Positions 1 to 6,535 of a stretch of 24,095 nucleotides of DNA are shown here, piece by piece (the first letter of the stretch is position 1; each line of letters begins with the position of its first letter). The notes under the pieces are model-generated. The model did no database searches and was not told the origin of the DNA. It saw only the letters and a list, made by a program, of their open reading frames with translations. The stretch lies in IMG/VR virus record IMGVR_UViG_3300044724_001160, positions 1 to 24,095 of that record; one strand, given 5' to 3'. This stretch comes from a virus (taxonomy: Duplodnaviria > Caudoviricetes). A program made the position numbers and the translations under genes.

Positions 1-38
1 TACGTGTACCTTGTTAAATATTATTTACCACGGTTAAT

Positions 39-157
39 CGCTCGCGCTACGCGCTCGCTAAGTGCGCGCCATGTTAACACATAGTGAGCATGATTGCGGA
101 AGCGAGCGTAGCGAGCGGCAACGATCAGTATATTTTATGCCCCCATGGGGGTAATAT
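39..157. repeat. Non-coding GC-rich inverted repeats and palindrome, probably near the phage genome end
   Basis: cgctcgcgctacgcgctcgct (39-59) is an imperfect inverted copy of agcgagcgtagcgagcg (101-117). Perfect palindrome cccccatggggg at 140-151. The region follows the last late genes. Confidence 0.6.
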
Positions 158-196
158 TTGCGTTACTTATATGAGATATGGGTTCACAAATTTATG

Positions 197-382
197 TCAT
201 TTTTTAAGGAGCCTTTGCTCGTTAGCGTAAGGTTCCGACATGACGAAAGAGGTATAATCAGTAAAATACTGTGGAAAGTAGGACCAAACGGGAAGACACT
301 GTTTAATATTATGATAATTGGAGGTACACATAGTAATAAACAGTGCTAAGCAGTTAAGAGCCTGGGTTAGGGAGACTAACAT
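197..382 (-). CDS. Hypothetical protein, 61 aa, hydrophobic Cys-containing N-terminus
   Basis: Same strand as all other genes, overlaps the thyX stop region and ends just before the non-coding end region. Confidence 0.5.
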   Translation of the reverse strand: MLVSLTQALNCLALFITMCTSNYHNIKQCLPVWSYFPQYFTDYTSFVMSEPYANEQRLLKK

Positions 383-1004
383 CGAACATTGCGGTATAAA
401 CGATAGGAAATTGCTGTTGGATGAGTGATTTAACGTTATCTGCTATTAATTTGTGTTCATATTGGGTACCATTAGCACATCTCAGGTCAGTATAGTGCAA
501 CCAGGAGCGTAAGGTACCGTTCATATAGAGTTTAGTGGGAGTTGAGAGGGGAAGGATGTCTCTTGCACACTCTTTAGCAACACCATGATCTAACATATCT
601 GTATATAAGTCAAGGGATTGCTTATATAACTCTTGAGTACGCATTTCAAACTGTTGAGTAAGGAATGGATCTAGATCATCAATACTATTCTGTCTATTCT
701 TAGTATCTTGTCTACGCAGGTTAGGCAGTTGGGGCGTGTTAACGACTTGAGCGTAGCGTTGGGAGAACTCTTGGAAGGAAAAGGAACGGTGACGAAGGAT
801 TTGACTAGCAACACTTCGGGTTGTGTCAATCTGTACACACATATTAACCATTTCAAAGGGAGACCAATGCTTATGTTTAATTAGATATTTAATAAGACCT
901 GTATAGTTATCATTATCTTGATTAGCAGGGTTAGATACTCTAGCCATATAAGCTATTAATGATTCAGCATCGGGTGTTACGTGAACGAGTTCTACGTTAT
1001 GCAT
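354..1004 (-). CDS. thyX: FAD-dependent thymidylate synthase, 216 aa
   Basis: ThyX signature 'QILRHRSFSFQEFSQRY', plus 'MARVSNP', 'HWSPFEM', 'GVAKECAR.ILP' and 'GTLRSWLHY..LR....TQ.EH'. Confidence 0.96.
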   Translation of the reverse strand: MHNVELVHVTPDAESLIAYMARVSNPANQDNDNYTGLIKYLIKHKHWSPFEMVNMCVQIDTTRSVASQILRHRSFSFQEFSQRYAQVVNTPQLPNLRRQDTKNRQNSIDDLDPFLTQQFEMRTQELYKQSLDLYTDMLDHGVAKECARDILPLSTPTKLYMNGTLRSWLHYTDLRCANGTQYEHKLIADNVKSLIQQQFPIVYTAMFDVSLPNPGS

Positions 1005-1087
1005 ACAGTAGTATAAGTTGTGATGGGATTAATAAAGAGTGGTATTAGGCAGTATAATATATACTCCAAGATTCAGTAGTATTAAGA

Positions 1088-1118
1088 GGAGGAATGAGAG
1101 CTTGTCTCGAATTCCTCC
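1088..1118 (-). other. Stem-loop in the terL-thyX intergenic region (possible terminator or processing site)
   Basis: Plus strand GGAGGAAT-GAGA-gcttg-TCTC-ga-ATTCCTCC: a 12-bp stem with a 2-nt bulge. Only a weak U-tract (TCTT) follows on the minus strand. Confidence 0.5.
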
Positions 1119-1206
1119 CTTTGAGCAGTCGGGTCCACCCTTCCCTTCTGCCTATACATGTCCTACCGTTCTAAACCCAGTGGTTGCAACGCATCTTGCG
1201 ATGCTA

Positions 1207-2931
1207 CTAAACCCAGGTAGGGACTGAGTTTGTAGGATTAGAGTTAGCTTGTTGTCTTTGTGTTAAATTCATACCCAATACTAAGTGATTAGCAGAGGAT
1301 TGAGGGTCGTCAAAGAACTCTTCTAACATAGCATTCCATTCTGTACGTTTACGATCTTTAATAGCTTCTAGGGCAGAGATACCCATAGCATCTGTAAAGT
1401 ATTTAACACCTTGAGATAGAGCGTCTAGTCTATCATCATGTCTAATTGCACCTTTTTCACGACACATCCTAGACATTTGATAGAATAGCATATAGAGTAA
1501 TCGTTCTTCTGGTGCAGCATCAGGATTAGACTTAAAGTCTTTTTCAACTACGGAACGGTCAATAACGAGTCGATGTTGATTGAGGATGGGTTCAAGGGAA
1601 TCGATGATTCGATCTTCTTTTCTAACATTTGCTCTGACTTCTTCAATATCAATTCCTTGCTTTGTTTGTTGAAGATGTTTGCGGAACAACTCGCTAACAA
1701 TCCCGTCACCAAAATTAGTTTCAATGAGTAGCTTAGATACGCCATACTTTTTACAACCTTTTAGAATATCGAGTAATGTTTGGTCGGAGTACCCATCTCT
1801 GTAAGCTCGCATGTCGTGCAAGTACAGGAAACCGTTGCGTTGTGAGATAAAAGCTGCAGCTGTTTCATCCGTGCCACGGCCCGACGGGTCAACCGAACAT
1901 ATTGTTTCTTGGTAAGAGTCCCACTCTCCTTGTAACTGCATTGGAGAGTAGAAATAATCTCCAGGTAGACCAACTGTTGGGAGGTCTTTGATGACGTTTT
2001 GTGGATCGGAGCACCAAACGACGGATTCTGGAGCAGTAGTGGGGTTAACAGAAGTGACAATAAGGTCAGCACATTTGAGAGGGAATTTTTCTGCATCAGA
2101 TAAGGAGGTGTCTAACATGAATTGTAGCATGAAGTTCGACCGTCCCATGGACGCTTCACGCTCTACCAGATCATCATTATCAAATCTATCATCTGTTACT
2201 TCCCATTTCTTAGCACCTTTATCGATGTCTTCGACAAGTTGTGGTGCTAACAAGCCTTCGTATTGACTAACTTTACGAGGGTATCTAGCAGGCCAAACGA
2301 AAGGTTTGTAAGAACGTTCTGCTAGTTTACGATATACAGTAAAGGTAGTCTGAGGTGTTCCGAGGAACATAATACGGCTATCTGGTTTAGGAGTGAGAAT
2401 AGATTCAGCTTCAGTACAAAGTTGTAGAAGTTTCTCCCTCATAAATTCCGTCATGCTATTGCCAGGAACTTCAATGTCGTCAAGAATCATTAAGTCAGCG
2501 CGAGAACCGGTCAGTTGGCCTGTAATCCCGACAGACTTGACGGAAGGTGCTTGGTGGGGGGAACAAGCAACGTCGAAGCTTATTCGCGACCAACGCGAGT
2601 CGTCGCCTTTGGGTTGTAAATGCTTTAACCATGGAGTTTCAATAATTAACTTTTGTAGAAAGATAGACATGTTATCTGCACGTTCTTTAGATGCAGAGAT
2701 AATCATTATCTTTTTTTCGGGGTTATTAAAGAGAGTCCACAGAACAAAAGCACCAGTAATCCAGCTCTTACCAACTCCCCGAAATGCTTGGATCTGTAAA
2801 CGCTTTGGACCATGTTGAAGGTAATCAGCAATTGCATATTGGGCACGTGTAGGATTTGGTAGGTCGAGTTCATTCCATAAAGCCTGTAAGAATAGCTTAA
2901 AATCGTCTTTAAGGAGGTCTAAAGTGTTCAT
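1207..2931 (-). CDS. terL: Terminase large subunit (T7 gp19-like DNA maturase B), 574 aa
   Basis: Walker A 'AFRGVGKSWI', 'GITGQLTGSRAD', Walker B 'MILDDIEVP', coupling motif 'LGTPQ', nuclease motifs 'VDPSGRGTDE', 'IETNFGDG' and 'HDDRLDAL'. Confidence 0.96.
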   Translation of the reverse strand: MNTLDLLKDDFKLFLQALWNELDLPNPTRAQYAIADYLQHGPKRLQIQAFRGVGKSWITGAFVLWTLFNNPEKKIMIISASKERADNMSIFLQKLIIETPWLKHLQPKGDDSRWSRISFDVACSPHQAPSVKSVGITGQLTGSRADLMILDDIEVPGNSMTEFMREKLLQLCTEAESILTPKPDSRIMFLGTPQTTFTVYRKLAERSYKPFVWPARYPRKVSQYEGLLAPQLVEDIDKGAKKWEVTDDRFDNDDLVEREASMGRSNFMLQFMLDTSLSDAEKFPLKCADLIVTSVNPTTAPESVVWCSDPQNVIKDLPTVGLPGDYFYSPMQLQGEWDSYQETICSVDPSGRGTDETAAAFISQRNGFLYLHDMRAYRDGYSDQTLLDILKGCKKYGVSKLLIETNFGDGIVSELFRKHLQQTKQGIDIEEVRANVRKEDRIIDSLEPILNQHRLVIDRSVVEKDFKSNPDAAPEERLLYMLFYQMSRMCREKGAIRHDDRLDALSQGVKYFTDAMGISALEAIKDRKRTEWNAMLEEFFDDPQSSANHLVLGMNLTQRQQANSNPTNSVPTWV

Positions 2932-2978
2932 AGGTACAATCTAGCGTAGAGTAGGTGGAAGGGTGGTTAGAGGGGCTT

Positions 2979-3782
2979 CTAGAACCTTCTTTGTGAGTAT
3001 TGCTCTATAGGTGTAAAACCAAGTTGTTGAGAAGGTGACATAACCATTTCCTCTTCCATAGGTGCTGCAAAAGTTAATTTAACAGTGCTTTTTGCAAAAT
3101 CTAATTTTGGTACTTTAGGAATTCTAGTAGTTCTAGGTTTAGCAATTGGTATTCCTTCACCTGTTTTTATACCTGATACATCAAACTCAGGTGGTACAGC
3201 TTGTGATGTAGGTAGTTGTGTAATAGGAGCAGGGTTATCTATACCAGTATATCTATCACCAGGTATATTTACATCTTGTGCACGTAAATCAGATCTTCTT
3301 CTGCTTTGAGCTTCAGCTTGTTCTATAGGAATTCCTGCATCTACATCCATAGCTCCTTGTACATCTAGGTTACCAATAACTTTTTGTCCTTCTGATTCTA
3401 AAATTGCTTCATAAAAATCAGTAACCCAATCTGGAGGAATACCAAGGCGCCTCATATCACGTCTTGAAATTCTAGGTTTTTCACCATGAGCTACATTTTC
3501 AACACCAATTTCAGGACGCATAGCACGACCTGTGGTTGGACCACCACCCATAGCTGTATCTACATCAAAATCTTTAGCACCTTGAAAATGTCCTTCGTGG
3601 TAAGCACCAACAGAACCAACTTCTGAAGACATATCAACTCTTTGTCTAGTTGCTTCTGCTTTACCTTTACCTGTAGAAGTTTTATACCATTTCGCTACTG
3701 TTGGACCATAATTTTGTTCAATCCAATCTAAAAAAGTTGGCGGTATTTTTCTAACGCCTTTTTTACTAGGGTCTCTAGCCAT
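2979..3782 (-). CDS. Hypothetical protein, 267 aa, possible degenerate HNH/His-Me motif
   Basis: Long ORF coupled by TAATG to the HNH gene. 'YHEGHFQGA...GGPTTGRAMRPE...ENVAHGEK' follows HNH-like spacing. C-terminus is low-complexity. Confidence 0.65.
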   Translation of the reverse strand: MARDPSKKGVRKIPPTFLDWIEQNYGPTVAKWYKTSTGKGKAEATRQRVDMSSEVGSVGAYHEGHFQGAKDFDVDTAMGGGPTTGRAMRPEIGVENVAHGEKPRISRRDMRRLGIPPDWVTDFYEAILESEGQKVIGNLDVQGAMDVDAGIPIEQAEAQSRRRSDLRAQDVNIPGDRYTGIDNPAPITQLPTSQAVPPEFDVSGIKTGEGIPIAKPRTTRIPKVPKLDFAKSTVKLTFAAPMEEEMVMSPSQQLGFTPIEQYSQRRF

Positions 3783-4111
3783 TAATTAATATACTCCATA
3801 ATTAAGTGTTCACGGAGTTTATTAACTCCAAATTTGGCTCTCATCCATGATTGCCAATGGTTACTTCCTTTGTCCTGATTGCATCTGGTACATGCTGGTA
3901 CGACATTCGTATTGACATCTTCGCCCCCAAGAGAACGAGGATGTACATGGTCCAGAGTAAGTTCGTGTAATTCATAAGTTTCTCCACAATAAACGCATGT
4001 GCAGCCAAAGTGTAATTTAATACTGCGCCTCCAAAGGCGCTTAGCTTCAGAGGATGTCATGGTTATTAAGTTGTATAGGTAGTGATCAGGAGTTGGAAGT
4101 AATGGGGTCAT
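3782..4111 (-). CDS. HNH endonuclease, 109 aa
   Basis: Complete Zn-finger HNH motif: CVYCG...LTLDHVHPRSLGG....NVVPACTRCNQDKG. Confidence 0.9.
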   Translation of the reverse strand: MTPLLPTPDHYLYNLITMTSSEAKRLWRRSIKLHFGCTCVYCGETYELHELTLDHVHPRSLGGEDVNTNVVPACTRCNQDKGSNHWQSWMRAKFGVNKLREHLIMEYIN

Positions 4112-4344
4112 GCTCGGCCTTTACGTGCTCGGTTTTTAGATGCTTTTTCAAGGAATGTTTTACCATTTTTCTTGTGTGATACATCTTTACCGTCACCATT
4201 GCCATAAGTACCGCGTCGTCGGTTTTCTTTATTTAAAGCAGACCTTTTTGAGATTTGTAGTTTGGAACCATCATACTTTTTTTGGTATGATTTATAGTTA
4301 CCATTAGCGAATTTAGCACCGCTATGCTTAGAGCTTCGAGCCAT
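4108..4344 (-). CDS. Small basic HNH-like protein, 78 aa
   Basis: 'R..LNK.NRRRG..G.GDGKDVSH.K.G......SKNRAR' resembles the short HNH-derived proteins found near terminases of T7-like phages. Confidence 0.6.
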   Translation of the reverse strand: MARSSKHSGAKFANGNYKSYQKKYDGSKLQISKRSALNKENRRRGTYGNGDGKDVSHKKNGKTFLEKASKNRARKGRA

Positions 4345-4576
4345 ATAGCCTCCGTTGGACTAGTTCTGGGTCAACAGTTGGCATAATGTTAGCCAATTTA
4401 TCAAGTGAGTTACCGTCAAAGGCGACACCACTGATGTCATTCTTTGATAGCCAATCACAAGCTGCTTTTAAATCTTGTGTAGTTGCCTCACCTGATTTAA
4501 CACGGTTTAGGAACTCAGTAGTAACTAGATTGTGTAGCTCATTAAATTGTTCTTCACTCGCTTTGTTTTTTGACAT
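4328..4576 (-). CDS. Terminase small subunit (T7 gp18-like DNA maturase A), 82 aa
   Basis: 'KASEEQFNELHNLVT.EFL.RVKSGEATTQDLKAACDWL.KNDI' is the podophage small-terminase pattern. Size and position upstream of terL agree. Confidence 0.85.
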   Translation of the reverse strand: MSKNKASEEQFNELHNLVTTEFLNRVKSGEATTQDLKAACDWLSKNDISGVAFDGNSLDKLANIMPTVDPELVQRRLYGSKL

Positions 4577-4739
4577 TAGTCTTCTTGGCTCGTGTTTTCT
4601 TTACGACTGGTGCTTCAATTGCATACCATGTTTCACCTGGTTCATGCACAAGGTGTGATTCTGCACGTACTGCTTGTTCAGCAGTTTCATAAGTACCAAG
4701 TACCTTTTGAGTACGGAGATCTACTACGTTGTAAGACAT
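4554..4739 (-). CDS. Hypothetical protein, 61 aa
   Basis: ATG after an AT-rich spacer, compact 'VLGTYETAEQAVRA' beta-alpha motif and a basic tail. Overlaps terS by 23 nt. Confidence 0.6.
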   Translation of the reverse strand: MSYNVVDLRTQKVLGTYETAEQAVRAESHLVHEPGETWYAIEAPVVKKTRAKKTNVKKQSE

Positions 4740-4741
4740 AA

Positions 4742-4990
4742 TTAATTTCTAAGGACAATTTGGTCTAGTTTGTTTTCAATACGCACCATATGATCTTCCA
4801 TACGCTGGACCATGACTGATAAATCAGCTTTAGATACATAGTCCTGAGCCACGTTAAGTTCAATAGCGTCGATACGTCTGTCAAGACCACTAATGCGATC
4901 ATGTACATTGTTTATTCGATTGTGTAATCTGTTATTCAGAGTTGCGCCACCAGCAACTAATGCGATGACAGCAGTTACTAGTGCTTCCAT
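4742..4990 (-). CDS. N-terminal TM plus coiled-coil protein, 82 aa (holin/XhlA-like architecture)
   Basis: Hydrophobic MEALVTAVIALVAGGA, then heptad coil 'RINNVHDRISGLDRRIDAIEL...YVSKADL...RIENKLDQI'. Confidence 0.75.
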   Translation of the reverse strand: MEALVTAVIALVAGGATLNNRLHNRINNVHDRISGLDRRIDAIELNVAQDYVSKADLSVMVQRMEDHMVRIENKLDQIVLRN

Positions 4991-5634
4991 TATTTAATTG
5001 AAACGATTGGTACGATGTCATGGCAAAGCATTTCGACACGACTGCCAGGTCTAAAAGTAAAACCTGACTTCATAATTTCTGTACACTTAAGTGCTCTGAC
5101 TAGTTCGTAATCAAGACGCATCTTTTGTTCGTGTTTACGGGCGATACCTTTACAGGTTTCTATCATTCCACCATCTAGTGGTACTGAGAAGTTAAGTTGT
5201 ACGCCGTAGTTATTGCTGCGTACATACCCTTCGTTATCGAAAGGAATAGTATCATTGCCCATATAAAAAGGCGAGAACTGCATGGTTGTTCCATTGCAAC
5301 TATTATTACCTGAAAAGTATTGACGAGACGGTGCTCCATTGTTTTGGAATTGCACCGCCTGATTGGTTACATTACCTGTAGCTGCTGCCACAGGAGATGA
5401 TGTATTTTGTACCTTAGGATCTTCGTTTGCGTAAGCAGGACTTACTGAGAGAAGACCGATAAGGAAGTAGTAACAGTATTTTGCTGGATTGTTTCTGTGA
5501 CTAAACTGTCTTCGATTAGACCTGCTGTTCTGTTTACAATCTCTAGTTGAAATTGCTCCCCAGCATTTGTTACTGAATATGTTGTAGCGGTGTCTGCGAT
5601 GTCGCCGCTCGGTGTTACGTTTGTTCCAGACCAT
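4990..5634 (-). CDS. Exported Cys-containing protein; start uncertain (signal-like segment begins ~5475)
   Basis: Signal-like 'YYFLIGLLSVSPAYA', then 'AAATGNVTNQAVQ', 'NYGVQLNFSVPLDGG' and four Cys in the mature part. The only ATG upstream of the signal segment is 5634, deep inside the upstream gene. TAATG overlap with the next gene. Confidence 0.75.
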   Translation of the reverse strand: MVWNKRNTERRHRRHRYNIFSNKCWGAISTRDCKQNSRSNRRQFSHRNNPAKYCYYFLIGLLSVSPAYANEDPKVQNTSSPVAAATGNVTNQAVQFQNNGAPSRQYFSGNNSCNGTTMQFSPFYMGNDTIPFDNEGYVRSNNYGVQLNFSVPLDGGMIETCKGIARKHEQKMRLDYELVRALKCTEIMKSGFTFRPGSRVEMLCHDIVPIVSIK

Positions 5635-5789
5635 GATGAATAATCACCACCGTAGACGTTTGTAGCAATGGTTCGGTCAATATCAATGGTGGTAGTTGTT
5701 GTTGACTGCATTGAACCTTGCGTAAAGTTAGGGGTTACCTGAGCTGAAACTGGAGCCGCAATAAAAAGAAGTAGAAGTAATTTCTTCAT
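5442..5789 (-). CDS. Secreted beta-rich protein with Sec signal peptide, 115 aa
   Basis: MKKLLLLLFIAAPVSA-Q is a textbook signal peptide with a VSA cleavage site. The mature part is Thr/Ser-rich and ends 'TTSLSVFSQ'. Confidence 0.8.
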   Translation of the reverse strand: MKKLLLLLFIAAPVSAQVTPNFTQGSMQSTTTTTIDIDRTIATNVYGGDYSSWSGTNVTPSGDIADTATTYSVTNAGEQFQLEIVNRTAGLIEDSLVTETIQQNTVTTSLSVFSQ

Positions 5790-5962
5790 TTGTTTTTTTC
5801 TCTTGAAATAGAAAAGGTTGCTAGAGTTCCGCTAAGAATAGAAGCGACATATGTAGGATCCATCTTTTCCATCCATCCTGCATAACTTGCAGTTAGGAGT
5901 CCGGCTGACCAGACGAGGACGATGAACTTGATGATCCCGCCTTTTTTGTCATCTTGTTCCAT
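5786..5962 (-). CDS. Small two-TM membrane protein, holin-like, 58 aa (below the ORF-track cutoff)
   Basis: Manual translation: MEQDDKKGGIIKFIVLVWSAGLLTASYAGWMEKMDPTYVASILSGTLATFSISREKNK*. It fills the gap between annotated ORFs and its stop overlaps the next ATG (ATGA 5786-5789). Two hydrophobic segments and a basic C-terminus; the holin function is inference. Confidence 0.75.
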   Translation of the reverse strand: MEQDDKKGGIIKFIVLVWSAGLLTASYAGWMEKMDPTYVASILSGTLATFSISREKNK

Positions 5963-6372
5963 GCTTGCTTAAATATGGGTTTCATAAGCATCACTAAGTA
6001 TTTAAATAGTGATGTAGCAGCAAGGGTGGCAGCTACAGAGATAAACGCTGTAGTTGCTGCTGTAGTCATGATCGTAGTAGTCGGCATTGGGACTTCAATG
6101 TCCGTAAATGGGACTTGTATGATCTGAGCTTCAGGTGGAATATTAGGTTTAGTTGTGGTTGGATTAGATTTAGTTTTATTAGTTGAACTCTCTGGTGCAG
6201 GATCAGAGTTAATACCCTCTATCCCTGGAGGTGGCCTAAGCGTGTTAGGAGGTACCACAAGCGGCCTGTAAGACGGCACATCTGCTCTTGGTACCTCTAG
6301 TATAGGTATGGGTAAATTAGGCGCCTCAGGGAGGCTTAGAGAGGGTAGTTTAGGTGGGTCAACCCACTCCAT
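5893..6372 (-). CDS. Pro-rich membrane protein, 159 aa
   Basis: Pro-rich N-terminal two-thirds, then a hydrophobic segment (AATTAFISVAATLAATSLFKYLVMLM) and a basic tail. Coupled to the upstream gene by TAATG. Confidence 0.75.
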   Translation of the reverse strand: MEWVDPPKLPSLSLPEAPNLPIPILEVPRADVPSYRPLVVPPNTLRPPPGIEGINSDPAPESSTNKTKSNPTTTKPNIPPEAQIIQVPFTDIEVPMPTTTIMTTAATTAFISVAATLAATSLFKYLVMLMKPIFKQAWNKMTKKAGSSSSSSSSGQPDS

Positions 6373-6533
6373 TACTCAGCACCAAACAATCCACGCTCAA
6401 TAAAGTCTACAGCTTGATCATCAACTGTATTGTCTGTTGTAGAAGCCAACTTCCGCAGCAGGTCAATAATCAATCGTTTGACCTTTGGAGATTGGATAAA
6501 AGAGAACAGGATTGGACGGATAAGTGTAATCAT
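6372..6533 (-). CDS. Small conserved phage protein, 53 aa (MITLIRPILF...TDNTVDDQAVDFIERGLF)
   Basis: ATG at 6533 follows the chaperone stop via an AT-rich spacer, and the stop overlaps the next ATG (TAATG). The 'TDN.VDD..V' amphipathic motif is recurrent in phage small proteins near lysis genes. Confidence 0.75.
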   Translation of the reverse strand: MITLIRPILFSFIQSPKVKRLIIDLLRKLASTTDNTVDDQAVDFIERGLFGAE

Positions 6534-6535
6534 AA

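Noticed and set aside
158-349. 63-aa plus-strand ORF
   Set aside because: TTG start, opposite to the uniform minus-strand transcription, and overlaps a more plausible minus-strand ORF.
1548-2818. Alternative-frame and antisense ORFs inside terL (1548-1745, 1761-2096, 1988-2266, 2393-2818)
   Set aside because: Fully nested in a conserved gene with no recognisable motifs. T7 has nested 19.2/19.3, but I see no support for equivalence.
1207-2931. Intein or intron in terL (or thyX)
   Set aside because: Both genes are normal length with contiguous motifs.
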